DNA of 64,000 nucleotides from Aquirufa sp. (lineage in GTDB: Bacteria > Bacteroidota > Bacteroidia > Cytophagales > Spirosomataceae), in the NCBI GenBank assembly GCA_044236555.1, contig JBIIGE010000001.1, positions 669 through 64,668 of the forward strand. The letters run 5' to 3'. Position numbers and translations under genes: made by a program. The notes beneath the pieces are model-generated. The model did no database searches, had not been told where the DNA came from, and was given only the letters and a program-made list of their open reading frames with translations. Shown here in pieces: positions 18,416-27,277 of the stretch (position 1 is its first letter; each line of letters begins with the position of its first letter).

Positions 18416-19346
18416 ACCAGGTATCATCGCCTAAATAGTCGATAGCTCTCCATTTTACGGGTAGTTTAGGCTCCGGAATTCCCGCTTGTATCAATTTAGG
18501 ACTTCTGATTTTCCAAATCTCATCCACCAGCCCGTCTGCAAATAATCGTTCCATTGTTTTTGCACCTCCTTCTACGAGGATAGATTGAAGAGCTAAGGCT
18601 GAAAGTTCAGCAGATGATCGCAAAACTAGCGTTTCTCCGCCATCTTGTTGGACTTTTGCCGTTAAGGGCATTCTACCAGACGGATCTAAGACAATTCGGG
18701 TGGGATTCGCACCAGCTACTAACCGAGTCGTGAGTGAGGGGTCATCCGTTAGGATGGTTTGCACGCCCACTACTATCCCTTGGTGCTCTGAGCGCATTTG
18801 ATGCACGCGAATAGCTGATAGTTCATTGGATAGTTGAACCGGAGAGCCATTTGTAGCAGCAATGAATCCATCGGCTGAACAAGCATATTTAAAGGTGATA
18901 TAGGGTCTTTTCAGGCGGTGATAGGTAAAGAAGTGGCGGTTTATCCATTCCCCTTTTTCTGCTCCCACTCCGATATGGCAAGTAATACCGGCAGCTTTCA
19001 GTTTCTCGACTCCTTTACCCGCTACGAGTGGATTAGGATCTAAGTTTGCGACATAAACTTCTTTGATGCCTGATTCGATTAGTAAATCAGCACAAGGAGG
19101 GGTTTTGCCAAAATGGGAGCAGGGCTCTAAGGTCACATAGGCGGTTGCGCCTTCGACTGATGCGGTTGCATTCTCGATAGCATTTACCTCTGCATGAGGA
19201 CCGCCGTATTGTTGGTGATAACCTTCCGCTATAATTTGGTCATTTTTGACAATCACACAACCTACTAATGGATTAGGTGCAACGCGCCCTGAGCCTAACA
19301 GGGCTAGGTCTAAAGCGCGTTGCATCCAAATTTCATTATTCGGCAT
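18363..19346 (-). CDS. ribD: Bifunctional riboflavin deaminase/reductase
   Basis: PNPLVGCVIV, HAEVNAI, TLEPCSHFGKTPPC, DDPSLTTR and LVEGG. Confidence 0.95.
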   Translation of the reverse strand: MPNNEIWMQRALDLALLGSGRVAPNPLVGCVIVKNDQIIAEGYHQQYGGPHAEVNAIENATASVEGATAYVTLEPCSHFGKTPPCADLLIESGIKEVYVANLDPNPLVAGKGVEKLKAAGITCHIGVGAEKGEWINRHFFTYHRLKRPYITFKYACSADGFIAATNGSPVQLSNELSAIRVHQMRSEHQGIVVGVQTILTDDPSLTTRLVAGANPTRIVLDPSGRMPLTAKVQQDGGETLVLRSSAELSALALQSILVEGGAKTMERLFADGLVDEIWKIRSPKLIQAGIPEPKLPVKWRAIDYLGDDTWFKAVLTPAPASTYSDLK

Positions 19347-22300
19347 GTACTGGTTTGCGGTTACTCGATAAATAACTGTAAATCGCAGGAATGATATACA
19401 AGGTCAATGTAGTGGAGAATAACATACCTCCCACTACCGCGATACCCATGGAAACTCTACTTTGTGATCCTGAACCTAGGGCTAAGGCGATAGGTAAAAT
19501 ACCTAAAATCGTACAAAGCGAAGTCATGATAATAGGACGGAAACGCGCAACGGCTGCTTCTTGAACCGCGTTTGTTTTTTCCGAACCGCTTTCCTTCCGC
19601 TGGTTTGCGAACTCCACGATTAAGATACCATTTTTAGTTACCAAACCGATGAGGACGATGATACCGATTTGGGAGAAAATGTTCAGCGTTTGGCTGAAGT
19701 CCCATAGCGTTAATAAAGCTCCAGCTACCGCTAGAGGCACGGTGAACAAGATAATAAATGGATCAATAAAGCTTTCAAACTGTGCCGAAAGGATTAAGTA
19801 GATCAATAAAATAGCAAGTGCGAAGGCGAAGAGTAGCGAAGAGCTGGACTCTTTGAATTCCTTACTTTGGCCATCATACGCCGTGGAGAAGGAAACGTCA
19901 AACGTCTCTTTCGCTAATTTGTCCATCTCATTCAATGCTTCACCTAGCGTCACCCCTTTCGCCATCTGTGCCGTTACGGTAGCCGCCACGTAGCGGTTGT
20001 AACGGAAGAGTTGCGGCGGTGTACTTTGCTCCGTGATCTTCACTAAATTGTCTAATTGGATCAAATCTCCGCGGTTGTTTTTCACATAAAGTGACTTTAA
20101 ATCGGATACGTCATTCCGCATCGGACGGTCGATCTGGCCGATGATTTGGTATTGCTTTCCGTCCATCACGAAGTAACCAAAACGTCTACCAGATAGTCCT
20201 AATTGAAGTGTGGTGGCTACATCTTGAATCGAGACCCCTAGGTTTTGGGCTTTATCGCGGTTGATTTCTAGGCGCAATTCTGGTTTCGTAAATTTCAAGT
20301 TGACATCAGCCACCTCGAATTTCGAACTCTCTCGAACTTTGGCCATAAACAACGGAATATTCTTCTTCAAACTCTCAAAGGTCGACGCTTGAATCACGAA
20401 AGCCACTGGTAATCCACCTCCACCACGTTGTCCCGTAGACAAAGTCGGTTCTTGAATCAAGGTAGCACGTGCACCGGTAAATTTCTTGATCTTAGGTTGA
20501 AGTTCATCCGCAATTTGTTGCTGCGTTCTACGACCTTCTGGATCGGCTAAAATGACACGCATACTACCCGTATTCGATCCACCACTACCAAAAGGAGGGG
20601 AGGTGATCGAGTAAACAGCATAGCGTTCTTTGGCAGGAATATCCGTCATCAAGAACTTAGCCATCTGATCAGTATAATTCAACATGTATTCGAAAGTAGC
20701 ACCCTCTGGAGCCACCGCATTCACCCGCAGACCACCTCGATCTTCTAATGGAGCTAATTCTGAAGGAATTGCTTCGAACTTAAATAGCGCATAAATAATG
20801 CCAAACAAGGAGAACATAATGACCCAAGCCATCCAGCGAATCTTAATAAATGCAGCTAACGAGTTTTCATATCCTTTTGTCAAAGCCACAAAGAAGGGTT
20901 CAGTGACCGTATAGAACCAAGGTTTCTTATGAGCTCCTTTCAATAAACGTGAGCTTAGCATCGGGGTTAAGGTCAAGGAAACAAAGGCAGAAATAATCAC
21001 CGATCCTGCCACGACGATACCGAATTCACGGAATAGACGCCCGGTAATTCCTTGTAAGAAAATCACGGGTAGGAATACCGCAGCTAATGTCACCGTTGTC
21101 GAAATAACGGCAAAGTAGATCTCTTTCGATCCTTCAATTGCCGCTTCCCAAGGACTGAGACCTTCTTCAATTTTGGTATAAATGTTCTCTAATACTACAA
21201 TCGCATCATCCACCACGAGTCCGATGGAAAGAACGATACCTAACAAGGTCAACACGTTGATAGAGAAACCCGCTAAATACATAAAGAAGAATACCCCAAT
21301 TAAGCTGACCGGAATAGCTGTCAACGGAATGATGGTCGACCTCCAATCACGAAGGAAAAGGAAGATAATGAGGGTTACGAGTAAGATCGCTGTAAAGATC
21401 GTCTCTTGTACCTCTTCGATGGATTTACGCACATAACGCGTATTATCGAAACCTTCTTTCATCTCCACGTCTGCAGGTAAAGTCAAGCGAATCTGTTCTA
21501 CCTTTTTGTGAATAGCATTCACGATTTCGATCTGATTCGAACCTGGTTGAGGAATAACGGCGATGGAAATCATCGGTTTTAAATCCCGCTTAAAGAAGGT
21601 CTTATTGTTCTCCGGTGAAAGTTCTGCCCGTCCTACATCCGAAAACTTCACAGATCGATCACCTTCTTCTTTGATGATCAAATTATTAAAATCTTCTTCG
21701 GTGGTCATACGGCCTTGCGTTCTCACCGTTAATTCGGTGTTCGCTCCTTCGATACTTCCAGAAGGCAACTCGATATTTTGTTTGGCTAAAGCATTCACAA
21801 TATCGGGAGCCGTCAAACGGAAAGAGGCTAAGCGTTCTGGATCGATATGTAAGCGCATCGCATATTTTTGCTCCCCCCACAATTGAACAGAACTAACCCC
21901 CGGAATCGTTTGGAATTTCTCCTTGATATTACGTGTCGCTAATTCATTTAAAGAAAGTAAGTTACGCGTTGCAGAGAATACGTTAATGTTATAAATCGGG
22001 TTTGCATCTGCATCTGCCTTCGCAACGATAGGCGGATCTACGTCTTTAGGTAATTGACCCATGGCACGCGATACCCTGTCACGCACGTCGTTCGCCGCAT
22101 CTTCGATATTAACCGACAAGTCAAACTCGACAGTGATACTAGAACGTCCATCGCGGCTCGAGCTGGAGAGGGTACGAATACCCGCAATTCCATTGATGGA
22201 CTCCTCTAAAGGTTCCGTGATTTGGGATTCAATAATATCTGCGTTAGCTCCCGTGTAGGACGTTTGCACGTTTACTACTGGCGGATCTACCGAAGGATAT

Positions 22301-22410
22301 TCTCGAACACCCAAATAGGTATATCCAATGACACCAAATACAATGATCGTGATCGACATCACAATCGCCAGTACCGGTCTTTTTATACTAATTTCTGAGA
22401 AAGATGCCAT
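19336..22410 (-). CDS. RND efflux transporter permease (AcrB/AcrD/AcrF family)
   Basis: 1024 aa. IKRPV, VREYPSVDPP, IGLVVDDAIVVLENI, GLVTKNGILIVEFA and RFRPIIMTS. Confidence 0.97.
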   Translation of the reverse strand: MASFSEISIKRPVLAIVMSITIIVFGVIGYTYLGVREYPSVDPPVVNVQTSYTGANADIIESQITEPLEESINGIAGIRTLSSSSRDGRSSITVEFDLSVNIEDAANDVRDRVSRAMGQLPKDVDPPIVAKADADANPIYNINVFSATRNLLSLNELATRNIKEKFQTIPGVSSVQLWGEQKYAMRLHIDPERLASFRLTAPDIVNALAKQNIELPSGSIEGANTELTVRTQGRMTTEEDFNNLIIKEEGDRSVKFSDVGRAELSPENNKTFFKRDLKPMISIAVIPQPGSNQIEIVNAIHKKVEQIRLTLPADVEMKEGFDNTRYVRKSIEEVQETIFTAILLVTLIIFLFLRDWRSTIIPLTAIPVSLIGVFFFMYLAGFSINVLTLLGIVLSIGLVVDDAIVVLENIYTKIEEGLSPWEAAIEGSKEIYFAVISTTVTLAAVFLPVIFLQGITGRLFREFGIVVAGSVIISAFVSLTLTPMLSSRLLKGAHKKPWFYTVTEPFFVALTKGYENSLAAFIKIRWMAWVIMFSLFGIIYALFKFEAIPSELAPLEDRGGLRVNAVAPEGATFEYMLNYTDQMAKFLMTDIPAKERYAVYSITSPPFGSGGSNTGSMRVILADPEGRRTQQQIADELQPKIKKFTGARATLIQEPTLSTGQRGGGGLPVAFVIQASTFESLKKNIPLFMAKVRESSKFEVADVNLKFTKPELRLEINRDKAQNLGVSIQDVATTLQLGLSGRRFGYFVMDGKQYQIIGQIDRPMRNDVSDLKSLYVKNNRGDLIQLDNLVKITEQSTPPQLFRYNRYVAATVTAQMAKGVTLGEALNEMDKLAKETFDVSFSTAYDGQSKEFKESSSSLLFAFALAILLIYLILSAQFESFIDPFIILFTVPLAVAGALLTLWDFSQTLNIFSQIGIIVLIGLVTKNGILIVEFANQRKESGSEKTNAVQEAAVARFRPIIMTSLCTILGILPIALALGSGSQSRVSMGIAVVGGMLFSTTLTLYIIPAIYSYLSSNRKPVHAE

Positions 22411-22417
22411 AGCTAGG

Positions 22418-23509
22418 TTATTTTACGACTTCTTTAATTTCAATGTCGCCATCTGGTTTTACCTGGAGGATACCGTTCGTAATCAAGGTGTCTCCGATCG
22501 CTAAACCATCTAAAATTTCTACTGTTTTTTCACCGCGTGTTCCTAAGGTCACTTTTGCAGAAACTGATTTGCCGTTTTTCACTACAAATACCTTGCTTCC
22601 TTTTGCTTCTGGAATAACTGCTTCTGTCGGAATCATGATCGCAGAGCCTTTCGTTTTGAGGATCAAATTCACCTTAGCAAATGCTCCCGGAACTAACTGG
22701 TTGCCTGGGTTAGGCGCTTGAGCTCTGATTTGTAGGGTTCTTGTTTGAGGGTCGATTTTAGGGTCGATTGCATACACGCGGCCGATAAAGGTTTTTTCCT
22801 CATTCTCCGTCATAAATTCGATGGTTCCCCCATTTTTCACCTGTGTAGCGTACTTGGCTGGGATCGAAAATTCTATTTTGGCCGGATTAGTATTCGTTAA
22901 AGTTGCGATTTGGGTACTTGGAGAGATGTAACTTCCCATACTCACGTAGCGGAAACCTATTTTTCCTGCAAATGGAGCACGCAAAGTAGTTCTTAAAATC
23001 TGTGCCTTGAGATCTTCGATGTCCGCCGAAATGGTATTAACCGAGTTTACGGCAATATCATATTCACGTTGTGAGATGGCTTCTTTTTGAAGAAGGACTT
23101 TTTGGCGAGCCTCATTGTCCTCTGCTAATTTCTTGTTGAAACCTAACTTACGTAGACGCGCCTGTAAGTCATCATCATTGATACGAAGTAAAACGGTGCC
23201 TTTGGCCACTAGATCCCCCTCTTTTATGTTAAGCGCGATGATTCGTCCAGCGATTTCAGAACGAATTTCTACTTCCTCATTAGGTAAAATAGAACCTGTC
23301 GAACTAATCATGTCGTCTAAACGAGTTGATTTAACAACGGTCACAATCACAGCCGTCTTGCCACCTTTCCCTCCCGGGCCGCCTTTTTCTTTCCCTTTCT
23401 CTTTGGTTTCAGTAGAGAAAAAAGTCTTTTTGATTTTCGGATAAAATGCCAAACCCAAGACTAAGGCTATGGTCAATATCGACAGTAATGTCTTTGTTAT
23501 TTTATTCAT
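22418..23509 (-). CDS. RND efflux periplasmic adaptor (membrane fusion protein)
   Basis: N-terminal TM, EVEIRSEIAGRI, LRAPFAGKIG and DPQTRT. ATG at 23509. Confidence 0.94.
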   Translation of the reverse strand: MNKITKTLLSILTIALVLGLAFYPKIKKTFFSTETKEKGKEKGGPGGKGGKTAVIVTVVKSTRLDDMISSTGSILPNEEVEIRSEIAGRIIALNIKEGDLVAKGTVLLRINDDDLQARLRKLGFNKKLAEDNEARQKVLLQKEAISQREYDIAVNSVNTISADIEDLKAQILRTTLRAPFAGKIGFRYVSMGSYISPSTQIATLTNTNPAKIEFSIPAKYATQVKNGGTIEFMTENEEKTFIGRVYAIDPKIDPQTRTLQIRAQAPNPGNQLVPGAFAKVNLILKTKGSAIMIPTEAVIPEAKGSKVFVVKNGKSVSAKVTLGTRGEKTVEILDGLAIGDTLITNGILQVKPDGDIEIKEVVK

Positions 23510-23571
23510 GGTAATAGGTTTACATACTAAGGTAATCAAATCTATAGAAATGTTTACCCTATCTTATAGGC

Positions 23572-24054
23572 TTAATTGGTTAAAGAATTCGAAATCCAGG
23601 GCATAAAATGTTCATTTTCAACTTCGTTCATGACGAAATGACTCTGTGCATTTCCAATATTTTTTATGCTCGCAAGCTTGTGCAAAATAAATTCGCGGTA
23701 CTCATCCATATTAGTTACGACGATTTTTAGCAGAAAGTCGCTTTGGCCCGATACACAATAACATTCTTGCACTTCGGCTAAATTCATCACATCCTTTTCG
23801 AACTGATTCAAATATTCTGCCGCGTGTTCCTTAAGTGAAATATCACAAAATACGGTTAATGTTTTTCCTAATTTGGCTGGGTTAATCATTGCACGGTAAC
23901 CCGTAATTACACCCTCTTTTTCCATTCGTTTAATGCGCTCATGGATAGGAGTTGCACTCATTCCTAGGCGGGCTGCCATTTCTTTATTGGACAAAAAAGC
24001 ATCTTCGTGCAGAAAAGCGAGGATCTTTTTATCGATGTCATCAATTTTTGCCAT
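23572..24054 (-). CDS. Lrp/AsnC-family transcriptional regulator
   Basis: IDDIDKKIL..L..DA..SNKEMA..HTH..RIKRMEKEGVITGY; EVQECYCVSG.SDFLLK. Confidence 0.95.
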   Translation of the reverse strand: MAKIDDIDKKILAFLHEDAFLSNKEMAARLGMSATPIHERIKRMEKEGVITGYRAMINPAKLGKTLTVFCDISLKEHAAEYLNQFEKDVMNLAEVQECYCVSGQSDFLLKIVVTNMDEYREFILHKLASIKNIGNAQSHFVMNEVENEHFMPWISNSLTN

Positions 24055-24547
24055 GCGCTTTTTTTTCTAAAAATAATCCCATTGAAACGATGCCTGCGAG
24101 TGTATCTACTCGCATGGATTGTTCTAATTGAATTTGGTATTTTCCCTTGTTCGGGAATTTCAAATCGGAATAAATCAGGAACTTTTTCTCGTAAATATCT
24201 CCAAATCCATCGCCTTTGGGCTTTCCCGTTACCGGGTCATATAAAATCGTTTCAGCTAGGCCCTTTTGAATGGTCTTCCCTTTTGCATTGATGATACTAG
24301 GGCTGAAATATAAGTTATAAAAAGGATAGGCGTTGTTTTGACGAACGACCACATACATGGCATAGTTTGCTAACGAATCTTCTACGTTTACCTCGAACCG
24401 AATAGGCTGTTTTTGAATCCAACCTAGCTCTTGCTCGAAACTTACCGTTTTATCTACTAAAACACTCGGATCACTACAAGCAAAGAACAACAGCTCCGAA
24501 AGGAAGATTAATCCTAGACTAAGCTTCAGGGGTAGGCGCTGCACCAT
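24041..24547 (-). CDS. gldH: Gliding motility lipoprotein GldH
   Basis: Lipobox FFA-C, YPFYNLY, G.PKGDGFGDI and Y.IQLEQSMR. Lies downstream of the PSP1/ricT gene, as is typical in Bacteroidota. Confidence 0.9.
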   Translation of the reverse strand: MVQRLPLKLSLGLIFLSELLFFACSDPSVLVDKTVSFEQELGWIQKQPIRFEVNVEDSLANYAMYVVVRQNNAYPFYNLYFSPSIINAKGKTIQKGLAETILYDPVTGKPKGDGFGDIYEKKFLIYSDLKFPNKGKYQIQLEQSMRVDTLAGIVSMGLFLEKKAHGKN

Positions 24548-25994
24548 CTCTCGGAGGTCTTGGTTTAAACTTCTTTTTCTTCTTGAATGGCTTCGGTGTA
24601 GCCGTTGTACCATCTGCCGAAGGTGTACTGCCTTCCGGTCTTGGTGGTCTATTTACTCCTTCAGGACGCGGTCCTCTGTCTGGACGAGGCCCTCTGTCTG
24701 GGCGCGGTCCTCTTTCTGGACGTGGTCCGCGGTTTTCACCCTCCGGTCTCGGTCCTCTATTATCACCTTCTGGTCTTGGGCCACGTTCTGGACGCGGACC
24801 TCTATTCTGACCTTCTGGACGTGGTCCACGATTTCCTCCATCTCGGTTTCCACCAGATTTGCGGTTATTGCGATTGCCTGATTTTACGCCACCATACTTC
24901 TTATCCATCCGCTCTAAATCAGAATTTAGCTCAGATAAGGTAGGTTTTTCCACCGCAGGAGCATCTGGATTCAGATCCTCAAACGACTCAGGAATAATTC
25001 CTTTCTTGTTTAAATCAACGATTTCAGCGACGCGATCACAGCTCACGGGAATCCAGATTGCCTCTTCTCCCACAATGCCAAACCACATCATACGCTTGAA
25101 AATATCCGTCTTTTGCAAGATGGCCTCCCCACGTTTAGTTTTTAATCGACCCTCAATCGTAGGGATACTCTTTAAAGCATCCATGTAGGTCTCTAACTCG
25201 TAATTCAAGCAGCATTTTAAGCGTCCGCACTGGCCACTTAATTTGACTGGATTGAGCGATAAGTTTTGATATCGAGCCGCTGAGGTGGTCACGTTTTTGA
25301 AATCTGATAACCAAGTCGAGCAACATAATTCACGTCCGCAAACTCCGATTCCGCCTAATCGACCCGCCTCTTGACGCAAGGAAATCTGTTTCATCTCCAC
25401 GCGAATCTTGAATTCGGTGGCTAGTAACTTGATTAATTCACGGAAATCGACGCGGTCTTCTGATGAATAATAGAAGATTGCCTTCGAACCATCGGATTGA
25501 AACTCAACATCCGAAAGTTTCATATTCAGCTTTAAATCGCTGATAATTTGACGACCGCGGTACATAGTAGGTAAATCACGGGCCATCGCTTGCTCGTGCT
25601 TCTCTATGTCTTTCTCTGTGGCTAATCGGAAGATGTTTTTGACCTTATCGTCGTCTTTAATGTTCTTCTTTAACAATTGAAGTCGAACAAGTTCTCCCTG
25701 AAGAGAAACTACGCCTAATTGAGTTCCGCTGCTGGAATCGACCATCACCGAGTCCCCCGTGTGGAGTTCTAATTGATCTATATTGCGGAAGTATTCTTTG
25801 CGTCCTCCTTTGAACTTCACCTCCACGATGTGAAAGCGTTGAAAAGAGGGAACGTCTAAGTCTGATAACCAGTCAAAAACGTTCATTTTATTGCAACCAC
25901 CTGAGCCACAACCGCCATTGCTTTGACAGCCTTTTACCTCTCCGTCTGCGCTGCTAGAGCCACATGACCCACTGGAACACGATTTACATGCCAT
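24519..25994 (-). CDS. ricT: PSP1/RicT (YaaT)-family regulatory Fe-S protein with low-complexity C-terminal tail
   Basis: RVDFRELIK, GGIGVCGRELCCSTW and KLSGQCGRLKCCLNYE; Cys-rich N-terminus. Confidence 0.9.
   Translation of the reverse strand: MACKSCSSGSCGSSSADGEVKGCQSNGGCGSGGCNKMNVFDWLSDLDVPSFQRFHIVEVKFKGGRKEYFRNIDQLELHTGDSVMVDSSSGTQLGVVSLQGELVRLQLLKKNIKDDDKVKNIFRLATEKDIEKHEQAMARDLPTMYRGRQIISDLKLNMKLSDVEFQSDGSKAIFYYSSEDRVDFRELIKLLATEFKIRVEMKQISLRQEAGRLGGIGVCGRELCCSTWLSDFKNVTTSAARYQNLSLNPVKLSGQCGRLKCCLNYELETYMDALKSIPTIEGRLKTKRGEAILQKTDIFKRMMWFGIVGEEAIWIPVSCDRVAEIVDLNKKGIIPESFEDLNPDAPAVEKPTLSELNSDLERMDKKYGGVKSGNRNNRKSGGNRDGGNRGPRPEGQNRGPRPERGPRPEGDNRGPRPEGENRGPRPERGPRPDRGPRPDRGPRPEGVNRPPRPEGSTPSADGTTATPKPFKKKKKFKPRPPRDGAAPTPEA
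24640..24835 (-). repeat. Coding tandem repeats of RGPRP(E/D) in the ricT tail
   Basis: Eight RGPRPE/RGPRPD units plus one RPPRPE in the translated ORF. Confidence 0.85.
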
Positions 25995-27270
25995 ATCTTA
26001 ATACATCTAATCCGATGTCTCGTCTAAAGTTTTTGCCTTCGAATTGAATAGTTTGAGCAGCCCGTTGTGATTTTTGGATTGCTCTTTCTAAGGTATTCGA
26101 AGTCCCAGTTAAAGCCATAACTCGGCCACCACTGGTAATAATTTCGCCGTCTTTTGACGTCGTTCCTGCGTGGAAAACGATTGCGTCTTCCACTTTTTCA
26201 AACCCTGTTAGCACATCGCCTTTGCGGTATTCCTCTGGATAACCGCCAGCGACTAACATGGTAGTCACCGCATATTGATCCCATATAGAAATCGTTTGCT
26301 CGCTTAGCGTGCCATTAGAGGCCGCAATTAACAAAGATAGGAAATCTGATTCGATTCTAGGTAAAACGACCTCTGTTTCCGGATCCCCCATTCTTGCGTT
26401 GTATTCGATGACATAGGGCTCACCTTCGTGGTTCATTAAACCAATAAAGATGAAACCTTTGTAGTCAATATTTTCTGCTTTCAAGCCTTTCACTGTCGGT
26501 TCGATCACCTTTTGCTTCACTAATTCCATGAATTTCTCATTCGCAAAAGGGACAGGTGAAACAGCACCCATACCACCGGTATTCAGACCTTCGTCATTTT
26601 CTCCTATGCGTTTATAGTCTTTTGCTTCCGGCAAGACCACGTAGTTTTCTCCATCTGTAAGTACAAAAACGGATAATTCGATACCGCGAAGGAATTGCTC
26701 GATCACCACTTTAGAACTCGCATCCCCAAACTTCGCGTCTAGTAACATCTCGTTTAAGGAGGTCTCTGCTTCAGCTAAAGTCAAGGCAATTATTACCCCT
26801 TTCCCAGCTGCTAAACCGTCTGCTTTCAACACAATGGGTAAAGATTGTGTCCGCAAATAGGCTAAGCCGTCCGCGATTGTGTCCTTCGTGAAGGTTTGCG
26901 ATGCGGCAGTCGGAATGCCGTATTTGTGCATGAAGTTTTTGGAGAAATCTTTGCTTCCTTCGATTTGGGCACCTTCAGCTCCAGGGCCTACGATCCCTAC
27001 GTGCTTTAAGTCTGCTTGAGATTCGATAAAATCACGTATTCCTTTTACCAAAGGCTCTTCTGGCCCCACCACCACTAAGCCGATATCGTGTGTTCGAATT
27101 GCCGTAACAATTCCTTCGAAATCGGTCACACCGATTGCTAAATTAGTGCCGCACTGAGCAGTTCCCGGATTACCCGGCGCAATGTATAAATTACCTAGTA
27201 TAGGGCTTTGGCTAATCTTCCAAGAAAATGCATGTTCACGGCCACCAGCACCTAAAATTAAAACGTTCAT
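25984..27270 (-). CDS. purD: Phosphoribosylamine-glycine ligase
   Basis: GAGGREHA, VVGPEEPL, KADGLAAGKGV, NTGGMGA and EYNARMGDPE. Confidence 0.98.
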   Translation of the reverse strand: MNVLILGAGGREHAFSWKISQSPILGNLYIAPGNPGTAQCGTNLAIGVTDFEGIVTAIRTHDIGLVVVGPEEPLVKGIRDFIESQADLKHVGIVGPGAEGAQIEGSKDFSKNFMHKYGIPTAASQTFTKDTIADGLAYLRTQSLPIVLKADGLAAGKGVIIALTLAEAETSLNEMLLDAKFGDASSKVVIEQFLRGIELSVFVLTDGENYVVLPEAKDYKRIGENDEGLNTGGMGAVSPVPFANEKFMELVKQKVIEPTVKGLKAENIDYKGFIFIGLMNHEGEPYVIEYNARMGDPETEVVLPRIESDFLSLLIAASNGTLSEQTISIWDQYAVTTMLVAGGYPEEYRKGDVLTGFEKVEDAIVFHAGTTSKDGEIITSGGRVMALTGTSNTLERAIQKSQRAAQTIQFEGKNFRRDIGLDVLRYGM

Positions 27271-27277
27271 CTATTTA

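Noticed and set aside
24548-24613. Longer gldH start giving a duplicated MVQRL N-terminus
   Set aside because: This is an off-frame echo of similar segments in the ricT tail (ADGTTATP / RDGAAPTP). The ATG at 24547 gives a normal lipoprotein signal.
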